9,829 nt of DNA from Octopus sinensis (GCF_006345805.1 NW_021827803.1:1-9829), one strand, 5' to 3'; positions 1 to 7,371 are shown, counted from the stretch's first letter. Made by a program: numbers and translations. The notes: generated by a model from the letters alone, not told the origin.

Positions 1-180
1 TTACTCTTCTCTCAAATTTACTACCTCCATCTCTTTCACAATACTCATTATATGTCTTTTATTTGTCTTTATTTTCAGACAAGAGATTTTCTTTATTTCA
101 TCTTTGTCTTCTAAATTTTCTCAAAGTTTCTGATTCTATTAGACTGCTTCTAATTTGGGCACAATGTCATGTTAGTCTAC

Positions 181-232
181 TATATACATACACGCACAGC
201 ACGCACACACGCACACGCATATATGTGTAGGT
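181..232. repeat. Mixed (CA)n/(TA)n/(TG)n microsatellite
   Basis: Direct reading: tatatacatacacgcacagcacgcacacacgcacacgcatatatgtgtagg. Confidence 0.85.
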
Positions 233-311
233 GTAGAGTAAAACGCACTGAGTGCCACTCAACACATTTGGTGTAAGTTGCATATATTTTTGACAACAGT
301 TTAACTCAGGC

Positions 312-416
312 CCATATGACAGAAAGTTTCGCGGGCACGTAAGATGAATCCATCTTATCGGATATCTGATGAGATTGGTCCGGCCCTACGTATACACGAA
401 ACTTTAAGTCATATAG
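312..416 (+). other. Imperfect ~105-bp palindrome/fold-back centred on GATATC (361-366); 3' arm contains a type I hammerhead-like core
   Basis: ATATGAC 314-320 pairs with GTCATAT 408-414; AAAGTTTCG 323-331 with CGAAACTTT 397-405; ACGTA 337-341 with TACGT 387-391; ATCTTATCGG 352-361 with CTGATGAGAT 366-375 (two G-U). Core motifs CTGATGA 366-372, GAAAC 398-402, GTC 408-410. The hairpin is certain; ribozyme function is not. Confidence 0.7.
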
Positions 417-440
417 AACAGAGGACAAACGTTATCGATA

Positions 441-486
441 TGTGTATATATACATATGTATCCGTCTGTATATATATATATATATA
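441..486. repeat. (TA)n-rich microsatellite
   Basis: Direct reading; left flank of the SINE at 491. Confidence 0.85.
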
Positions 487-490
487 ATGT

Positions 491-696
491 GAAGGCCCAT
501 GGGTCAGTGGCTAGAGCGTCGAGCTTACGATCGTGAGTTTATGAATTCGAACCCGGAACGGGCTGCGTGTGTTGTGTTCTTGAGCAAGACTCTTTACTTC
601 ACGTTGCTCCAGTTCACTCAGCTGTAGAAATGAGTTGCGAGAGGGTAACTTTCAGGTGGAATCCCATTGTCAGTCATGATCCAAGGGTGTCACGGC
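491..696 (+). mobile_element. tRNA-derived SINE with CORE-like central segment, short and possibly internally deleted
   Basis: Box A-like TGGGTCAGTGG 500-510; box B-like ATTCGAACC 545-553; followed by gttgtgttcttgagcaagactctttacttcacgttgctccagttcactcagctg, resembling the CORE-SINE domain. Flanked by TA tracts on both sides. Confidence 0.8.
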
Positions 697-697
697 A

Positions 698-743
<46 letters not shown>

Positions 744-850
744 ATAATTAATAATATAATATTAGGGAGTAAATCCAAACTTACAGAGGAAAAATTAGAT
801 TTAGGATTAAATCCATTTTATAGTATAAATATATATAATAATAGATATTA
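697..850. repeat. (TA)n microsatellite grading into AT-rich low-complexity DNA
   Basis: Direct reading; explains the YIYIYI stretch in ORF 567-851. Confidence 0.85.
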
Positions 851-939
851 ACTTTACGTTTATTCGTAAGACTTTACTTAGCCATAGAGATATATTGTTC
901 GTTAACAATTATACGAGTTGTTTAAAGTTAGGTTTCATG

Positions 940-975
940 TATATACATACATACATACATATATATATATATATA
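940..975. repeat. (TACA)n(TA)n microsatellite
   Basis: Direct reading. Confidence 0.9.
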
Positions 976-976
976 C

Positions 977-1008
977 TTCCCGTTCGTTAAGTAGCTAAAT
1001 TAGATTGA
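977..1008 (+). repeat. 32-bp exact direct repeat, copy 1 (copy 2 at 2203-2234)
   Basis: TTCCCGTTCGTTAAGTAGCTAAATTAGATTGA is identical at both positions. Confidence 0.95.
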
Positions 1009-1670
1009 TGACGCGACCTTTCATGTACATGTTGCTAAACTGACAATGAAATGTAGACGGATGGCTGGATGGATTCTTAGAACCTTTAGAACAAGAGAAC
1101 AAGAAACCATGATGGTCCTCTGGAAGACACTTGTCCTAAGCCACTTTGACTATTGCTCTCAGCTATGGTCACCATCCAGTGTCAAGTTGATCACAGAACT
1201 TGAGGCGATCCAACGAAGCTACACGAAGAAGATAGCCTCTGTGCAACATATGAGCTACTGGGAAAGACTCAAGATTAAAGCTCTATTCCCTGGAGCATAG
1301 GCGAGAAAGATATGCCATAATATATATCTGGAAGATCCTGGAAGGACTTGTCCCAGACTTTGGCATCGAGAGTCACACAAATGCCAGAACCGGACGCCAC
1401 TGCGTAGTACCAAGGACTCCAAATTTGCCATCAAGATGTAGGACAAGATATTGTGATAGCCTGGGCTTCAGAGGCCCACAGCTCTTCAATATCCTCCCGA
1501 AGAACCTGAGAGACCTGCATGGTGTAGATGCGGATGTCTTTAAAGTAGGACTGGATCTCTTCCTGTCAGGTGTCCCGAATGAACCAACTTCACGGCAGGA
1601 GGTGCAGATGAGGGCAGCTGCATCGAACTCTCTCATGCATCAGATGGCGTTCGCTAAAAAGCATCCGTGA
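1007..1670 (+). pseudogene. Frameshifted reverse transcriptase ORF2 C-terminal remnant; joins track ORFs 1046-1300 and 1425-1670
   Basis: One frameshift near 1274 joins the two frames into a continuous CR1-like sequence. The RT catalytic YADD region is absent from the fragment. Confidence 0.85.
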
Positions 1671-1761
1671 GGTAAAATCGTGTAGCAAACCAAATGGCGG
1701 TGCCCCAGCATGGCCACAGCTCATTAGCTGAAACTAGAAAAATCAAAATCAAAATCAAATC
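1007..1761 (+). mobile_element. 5'-truncated CR1/L2-group (CR1/Crack-like) LINE: ORF2 C-terminus, 3' UTR and (AAAATC)n tail
   Basis: Frame 1007-1273 reads DDATFHVHVAKLTMKCRRMAGWILRTF...LVLSHFDYCSQLWSP...LEAIQRSYTKKI...SYWERLK. After a frameshift at ~1274 it continues LKLYSLEHRRERYAIIYIWKILEGLVP...GPQLFNILP...FKVGLDLFL to the stop at 1668-1670. These match post-RT motifs of CR1-group ORF2 (LEYC..WSP, LE.VQRR, SYEERL..L.L.SLE.RR). 3' hairpin at 1717-1730; tandem tail ~1737-1761. Confidence 0.9.
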
Positions 1762-2091
1762 ATATACATATACATACATATATCAAATGTTGGTGGAGAC
1801 ACTGTACTTCGTTCTGCAAACATAATATACTATCAAGTATGTTAAGGTTTATAAGTGAATCATGTATCCTACTCTTTGTGTTAGCAGTGTAATTCTATCA
1901 CTTTTTAAGTTATCTCTACGTATTTCTCTGGAATTTTAGAGCTATCTCTGACTGAAAGTTACGATGTTTCGTATATGAATACGTCCACGCAAAAGATGCT
2001 ATCGAAGATAGAAAAATTGGTATTACCTATTCTAAATTCTATAGAGAATTCGTAGAGATAACTTTTAAAGTGGTCACTGTCTAACCTATAT

Positions 2092-2180
2092 CTCTCCGAT
2101 GACGGTATACCCAACTTACAGTGACTTCGCTCGATACGATGCTCCAACAGCTAAGATATCCCAGAAACAGCTGTTAGGGC
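2092..2180 (+). other. Decayed minimal type I hammerhead-like motif, possibly from a Penelope-like element pseudo-LTR
   Basis: CCGATGA 2096-2102 (one change from CTGATGA); GAAAC-AGCT-GTT 2164-2175 with palindromic AACAGCTGTT; CTCT 2092-2095 can pair with AGGG 2176-2179. The stem II region is long (~60 nt) and poorly paired. Confidence 0.3.
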
Positions 2181-2202
2181 TGTGTTTCTCTTTACTGTTT
2201 TT

Positions 2203-2234
2203 TTCCCGTTCGTTAAGTAGCTAAATTAGATTGA
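2203..2234 (+). repeat. 32-bp exact direct repeat, copy 2, followed by short (ATTAA)n
   Basis: Identical to 977-1008; followed by attaaattaaattaaa. Confidence 0.95.
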
Positions 2235-2746
2235 ATTAAATTAAATTAAATGTCCTTATCATGCCTTGCCTTATTGTTTGCCTTTCCTCACTACTTTAAC
2301 CTACATGCATTACATATATATGAGTGCTTATATATGAATGTTATGTCGCACGATCGGATAACCTCTGCTCTACTCCACTCGGCCACCTCGTCGTTTAGAC
2401 TTCTCCCTCTATATCTACATATTGGGCTAGCCTACTTCATCGTATGGGGGCGTCCACACAACAATGAATGTGGGTAGTATAATATACATCATGTTTATGT
2501 TCATTCTTTCGTAAAATACGCGTAGTACCTTTTTTTTTACTCTGCACAAAACTGCCGAAGAAAGAAACGTGATGTTGTGCCGTTCATACATTTCCCAAAA
2601 AACATTACTTTGCATCAGCTAATAACATGACAACTCAATAGCAATCGGCAATCGTCAGAAAGTAGCGCTTTGCTCTAAGGTGATCTCCGTTCACTAGCAT
2701 TTCAAAATATCTGCCAGTCTGATTGTCTGCGCAAATCATTGAATGC

Positions 2747-2785
2747 TTAATTGATTAAGTAATTGATTGATTAATTGATTAATTT
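2747..2785. repeat. Degenerate (ATTG/ATTA)n tetranucleotide repeat
   Basis: ttaattgattaagtaattgattgattaattgattaattt. Confidence 0.75.
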
Positions 2786-3375
2786 ATCGCTATGGTTGAT
2801 TGACTGAACAAAATCCAGATTCAAGTTTCTTTGCATTTTTACTTGCTTTGTTTTGTTTTGCCACATAAAATACACATTTCACATTCTAGCCATATCGATT
2901 AACACCGCACTGTTTATTCTTTTCCTCTCCAGCATCCATCATTTGTTCATATTTAAACAAGCTGTTCCAAGCCAAGTTATTGTATTTACTCTTCGCTTCC
3001 ATTTCTATGAAAGGCATGTGTGAATGTGTACCCGTTCACTAATCATTTAAAGGATACTGTATTTTCTTTGAATAGATGCTTTAATGCTTATTATTGTAGT
3101 TTTGTTATTGTTGTTGTTGCTGTCGTCGTATCTAAATGCTATGTTTTCAAGAGTGGGAATTTTTTTTATATATTTCACCATATTTGAAAGAGTTCAAAAT
3201 ATCAATAGCAGTAATAATAACGATGATTTCTTTTATTTGCCGTAGGGGCATGAGATGAGGAGGATATTAGAGGGACAGAATACATTTTGTCTGTATGTGT
3301 CTGTGGGGGTGGGTAGATTACATAACAGATGAAAGGAAAAAGGGAGAGCAGGGTGAAATGAGATAGAAAGTATAC

Positions 3376-3484
3376 ATAATAATAATACTGATAATAGTAA
3401 TAGTAGTAGTGGCAGCAGCAGCAACGGCGGTATTATTATTATTATTATTATTATTATTAGTAGTAGTAGTAGTAGTAGTAGTAA
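3376..3484. repeat. Compound trinucleotide microsatellite (TAA/TAG/CAG/TAT/TAG)
   Basis: Direct reading; explains poly-T/N/A/L ORFs 3233-3424 and 3318-3521. Confidence 0.9.
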
Positions 3485-3485
3485 C

Positions 3486-3667
3486 TATCCTTTCTTTTCT
3501 ACTGGAAGCACAAGGCTTCAAATTTGAGGGTGGGGATTAAGTCGATTACATCGACCCCAGTGCGTAACTGGTGCTTAATCTATTAACCCCGAAAGGATGA
3601 AAGGCAAAGTCGACCACGGCGGCATTTGAACTCAAAACATAACGACGGGCATATTGCTCGGCGTGCT
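3486..3667 (-). mobile_element. tRNA-derived SINE, same family as 7151-7367 and 7372-7583; head truncated or deleted
   Basis: Shares gcacaaggc, atcgaccccagt...actggt, gaaaggatgaaaggcaaagtcgacc and atttgaactc blocks with the two copies at 7151-7583. The minus strand has box B-like GAGTTCAAAT; box A is missing. Confidence 0.85.
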
Positions 3668-3675
3668 GCTCGGTG

Positions 3676-3716
<41 letters not shown>

Positions 3717-3746
3717 ACTACTAGTATTAGTAATAATAATAATAAT
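3676..3746. repeat. (TAC)n/(TAA)n microsatellite
   Basis: Direct reading. Confidence 0.9.
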
Positions 3747-3802
3747 GGAAATAGAAACAAACTCTAAAGTTAACAGGCGACTTAAGAAAGGTTTAAAATA
3801 GA

Positions 3803-3965
3803 TTTTTTTTTATTTATTTATCTAGTTTCAGCTCACAAGCTGTGGCCATGCTGGGGCACCGCCATTTGGTGTTGCTACATGATTTTACTTCACGAATGCT
3901 TTTTAGCAATTGCCATTTGGTGCATGAGAGAGTTCGATGCAGCTGCCCTCAACTGCACCTCCTGC
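3803..3965 (-). mobile_element. Severely 5'-truncated second copy of the CR1-group LINE (last ORF2 codons, 3' UTR, A-rich tail)
   Basis: Reverse complement of 3822-3965 aligns to 1595-1737 with about 12 substitutions and one indel by manual count (~90%). Tail is (TAAA)n/An at 3803-3821. Confidence 0.9.
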
Positions 3966-4005
3966 AGATGTTGACAAATATCAAAAAAGTAAACGTAAAT
4001 TTTGA

Positions 4006-4026
4006 ACACACACACACACACACACA
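4006..4026. repeat. (AC)n microsatellite
   Basis: Direct reading. Confidence 0.9.
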
Positions 4027-4258
4027 GCTTTCATGCCTAAAAAAAGAGATCTGCAAAATGTACCCTTATGTACACAATATATTAAAAAAATATCGCTACT
4101 AGAAACTGTACGCGTTATTACGTTGAGTAATTTTCAGTACAATAGAATTACACAGAACCAAAACAGAAATATATCATGCACGTTGAATTAAGCTCGGTTG
4201 TGCAATGTAAAAGATAATAATAATAAAGCCTGCAGAATAATAAATACTATTAATAATA

Positions 4259-4654
4259 GTGATTTCAAAAGCAAAAACATTGTCCAAGACCACCCAGTTT
4301 GAGAGAGTCTATAGTTGGTTAAATCGGTCAGCCTTATACTGGTTCTTTGTTTTTTCGACCCGTGGAATCATAAACTGTAACATCAATCATGTCGTAACCA
4401 TACCCGACTCAATAAAGTTTTACAAGGGTATTTATGTGCAGCTACCTCACTTCACTGCTCTGAAACAAAGGGATATTAACAACAGAGCAATACAAGATCT
4501 ACACAAAAGAGTGCATTGCAACATTCATCTCATCAAAAATACAATAAATTATTACAGAATAATTTTGTTGCACTATACATCCCACAGCACTGCTAATATG
4601 TTTTCTGCCCTTGTGTTAATCGCACTATCTGTGTACGGTCCATGCTTGCATTGA
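4259..4654 (+). other. Unassigned open frame, 131 aa from GTG (stop-free from 4244); the longest non-microsatellite ORF
   Basis: Open in AT-rich non-repeat DNA, with hydrophobic stretches. No ATG start, no confident homology, no clear splice boundaries. Confidence 0.15.
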
Positions 4655-4859
4655 AGCAAGTTGGTATGACCGAGGTAATACTCCAATCAACAGGTCACTA
4701 GCTTATAGTGTTAAGACCGTGTAGTTTTATCATTTAACGGTGTATAGTATATCTAGTGATAAGGTAATGCAGTGTTCTATACTACTGGAATGCAATGATT
4801 CAGTGTTATTGTTGTTTAGCGTTAAGGCAGAACTCATTTATGAATCTATGATAATAAAC

Positions 4860-5052
4860 GCGGTCGTGGTTATGCGGTAAGAAGTTAGTTTCTCAACCAC
4901 ATGGTTCTGGGCTCCGTCCCACTCTGTGGCAGGCACCTTAGGTAAGTGTCTTCTGCTATAACCTCGGGTAGGCAAACAAAAACCTTGTCAGTGGATTTGG
5001 TAGACGGAAACTGAAAAACTGGAAAAAGTTCGAATTATATATATATACAGAC

Positions 5053-5111
<59 letters not shown>

Positions 5112-5118
5112 TGTCCCC
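4860..5118 (+). mobile_element. 5' half of a tRNA-derived SINE (family of 9262-9671) with its internal microsatellite; 3' half lost
   Basis: Box A-like TGGTTATGCGG 4867-4877; degenerate box B 4910-4920; 26-bp exact inverted match of 4991-5016 to 9518-9543; (TA)n(TATG)n at ~5036-5113; then TGTCCCC, as follows the microsatellite in the 9262-9671 copy. Confidence 0.8.
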
Positions 5119-5496
5119 TTGCTCGAGTTTGTAAGGGAAATAACTATATAAGCATTTTTAGAGATGTAAATTATAATAGCCATCTCAATATGTCTAACCA
5201 CAAAGGGGGGGATGTTACTGTAGCTTTTTACGTTCTGAGATTTAATAATACATTTTTAGAGAGTTACTTCCCTTATATAATAGCGAAAAAAATGCATTAA
5301 AATGGGGAAAAATTATGGTAAATTTTTTTTTTAATCGTAGACTCATCGTAGACGCGCGATAATACCCAGAAGGGCTCGATATGAATCACGACTATAAGAT
5401 ACCCGCTTTTGGTTACACTGCATCGCAAAATGTGGGAGCAGTTAGGAATCTAAATCATAGGAGACAGACACAGAACTTCACTTTTATATATAAAGA
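5119..5496 (-). mobile_element. Non-autonomous Helitron with the 3' terminus (hairpin right half and CTAG) missing
   Basis: Minus strand begins A|TCTTTATATATAAAAG followed by short CTGT repeats. 5127-5163 is an exact 37-bp inverted match to 9149-9185 of the complete copy, with a second shared block (aaaaaaatttaccat...ccatttt). Confidence 0.75.
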
Positions 5497-5764
5497 TAAC
5501 AAACCGCAGTATGCATAGATTAGCATTGAGCCTCGTGAAATGTAGGGCCACAAGGCAACTCCCCAGTATGCCGATGTTTCAAGACACACTAGTTATTGGT
5601 GAACAACAGGCTCATTAGAATCGTTGGTTTGTAACAGGCCGGCCTACGGTTCAGTGCATTTCAGCAACGATGATAACAATGGAACCTGTTTAACACGGTG
5701 GGATTTCATTCAAAGAACACCGACTTTCTCGCAGACGTATAGTTCGTCGGTATACGGTTATAGG

Positions 5765-5935
5765 TGCACGCACGTACACACACAGACACGCACACTCATA
5801 CACACACATACACACACACACACGCATGCACGAACGCACACGCACGCACATACACATACACGCACACACGCATATGTATGTGAGTGTATGTGTGTGTATA
5901 TGTGTATGAATACATACATGTGTGTCTGTGTGGTA
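5765..5935. repeat. (CA)n-rich tract followed by (TG)n-rich tract, in inverted arrangement around CATATG 5871-5876
   Basis: Direct reading; explains the HTHTHT and CVCV ORFs. Confidence 0.9.
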
Positions 5936-6049
5936 TAAATATATACATATTTATATACATGTATATATATGTATATATTATATATATATATATATATACG
6001 TATATATATGTGTATATATATATGTATATATTATATATATTATATATAT

Positions 6050-6100
<51 letters not shown>

Positions 6101-6121
6101 ATATATATGTTTGTGTATATA

Positions 6122-6154
<33 letters not shown>

Positions 6155-6162
6155 TTGTATAA

Positions 6163-6209
<47 letters not shown>

Positions 6210-6234
6210 ATATAATACAAATATATATATATAT

Positions 6235-6266
<32 letters not shown>

Positions 6267-6322
6267 TGTATATATATATATATATAATATATATATATAT
6301 ATTATATATATATATATATATG
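5936..6322. repeat. Long imperfect (TA)n microsatellite, ~390 bp
   Basis: Direct reading; explains the YIYIYI ORFs 5884-6162, 5922-6215, 5969-6364 and 5978-6220. Confidence 0.95.
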
Positions 6323-6424
6323 AATGTAAGGTTTATGTTGGAACTGGAGTTTCAAGTAACGTAAGTCGTTTAGCGACTTGTGCTATAAAGCTTCTGAAAC
6401 GAGTTTTGTAACTTGAAACGTATG

Positions 6425-6527
6425 TTTAATCGTAGGGTTTATAATCAAATGAAAATAAATATATCCAACCTTTCAATATGTATCGCATAATTAATTGAAT
6501 GGTGGTCTTCTTAATCCTACGATTAAA
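6425..6527. repeat. 12-bp perfect inverted repeat enclosing 79 bp; possible MITE relic
   Basis: TTTAATCGTAGG 6425-6436 and CCTACGATTAAA 6516-6527. Superfamily cannot be assigned. Confidence 0.45.
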
Positions 6528-6583
6528 AATCAATCATATGTGTATGTGTATGTGTCTGCATGAGTATGTATCTGTGTGAGTGT

Positions 6584-6966
6584 GGAGGCGCAATGGCCCA
6601 GTGGTTAGGGCAGCGGACTCGCGGTCGTAGGATCACGGTTTCGATTCCCAGACCGGTGAGTGTTTATTGAGCAAAAACACCTAAAGATTCACGAGGCTCC
6701 TGCAGGGGGTGGTGGTGAACCCTGCTGTACTCTTTCACCACAACTTTCTCTCACTCTTTCTTCCTGTTTCTGTTGTACCTGTATTTCAAAGGGCCAGCCT
6801 TGTCATACTCTGTGTCACGCTGAATCTCCTCGAGAACTACGTTAAGGGTACACGTGTCTGTGGAGTGCTCAGCCACTTGCACGTTAATTCCACGAGCAAG
6901 CTGTTCTGTTGATCGTATCAGCTGGGACCCTCATCGTCGTAACCGACGGAGTGCTCCTACTACTAC
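6584..6966 (+). mobile_element. Near full-length tRNA-derived SINE with (TAC)n tail and 15-bp target site duplication
   Basis: Box A TGGCCCAGTGG 6594-6604; box B-like GTTTCGATTCC 6638-6648; tail ctactactac; TSD TATCTGTGTGAGTGT 6569-6583 versus TATCTGTGTGAGCGT 6967-6981 (one mismatch). Confidence 0.9.
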
Positions 6967-7150
6967 TATCTGTGTGAGCGTCTATGTGTGGAAGCGTCTA
7001 TGTATGGTCAAGTGATTGAAAAGTATCCATGTGACAGAGGTTCTGGGTGTCAACATGTGACATGTTTTGGTGCTATTAGATCTCCTCAGCGAAATCGTAG
7101 CCTTCTCAATATGTGCCAGATTACTGGTAAGAGAATAACTCTACCGATGT

Positions 7151-7367
7151 ATAATAATCCTTTCTATTATAGGCACAAGGCCTGAAATTTTGTGGTAGGG
7201 GGCTAGTTGACCCACGTGCTCAACAGGTGCCTACTTATCTTTTCGATCCTAAAAAGATGAAAAACAAAGTCGACCTCGACGAAATCTGAACTCAGAACGT
7301 TAAGACGGACGAAATTCCGCTAAGCGTCTTGTCCCGAGTGAGAACAATTCTGCCAACTTTCTGCCTT
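7151..7367 (-). mobile_element. tRNA-derived SINE, older and more diverged copy
   Basis: Minus-strand head aaggcagaaagttggcagaattgtt...gttctgagttcagatttcgtcgaggtcgactttg; 3' end gccttgtgcctataatagaaaggattatt; collinear with 7372-7583 and 3486-3667. Confidence 0.85.
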
Positions 7368-7371
7368 ATAT

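Noticed and set aside
236-280. Cluster of small hairpins upstream of the palindrome
   Set aside because: Stems of only 4-5 bp, within chance expectation.
491-560. tRNA-like heads (also 6584-6655, 9600-9671)
   Set aside because: Box A/B present but no complete cloverleaf, and each continues into a SINE body; not called as tRNA genes.
1255-1636. Minus-strand ORFs 1255-1446 and 1373-1636
   Set aside because: Antisense shadows of the LINE ORF2 remnant.
977-2234. CRISPR-like reading of the 32-bp direct repeat
   Set aside because: Only two copies 1.2 kb apart, no spacer periodicity, no cas genes, eukaryotic context.
2897-2932. Strong-looking splice acceptor (TTAAC, polypyrimidine tract, CAG)
   Set aside because: No matching donor or recognisable coding frame downstream; such motifs arise often in AT-rich DNA.
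3233-3521. ORFs with poly-L, poly-T, poly-N and poly-A runs
   Set aside because: Products of the trinucleotide microsatellite and SINE tail.
4141-4170. Minus-strand similarity to 8074-8101 of the decayed tandem repeat
   Set aside because: The match is dominated by T-rich low-complexity bases and spacing of adjacent motifs does not agree.
4445-4475. Possible 9-nt minus-strand microexon (tttgtttcag AGCAGTGAA gtgagg)
   Set aside because: Cannot be supported without RNA data; chance occurrence is likely.
5500-5760. More GC-rich complex stretch between the Helitron and the CA tract
   Set aside because: No recognisable translation, termini or stable long hairpin found by eye; left unannotated.
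5884-6364. Four overlapping ORFs of 80-131 aa rich in Y/I
   Set aside because: Translations of the (TA)n tract, which lacks stop codons; not genes.
6660-6912. ORFs inside SINEs (also 567-851, 4956-5201, 9429-9725, 9439-9708)
   Set aside because: They lie within recognisable SINE bodies and their microsatellites.
6990-7060. Possible very old SINE head (tggtcaagtgatt...gaggttctgggtg)
   Set aside because: Box B is not recognisable and no family body follows with confidence.
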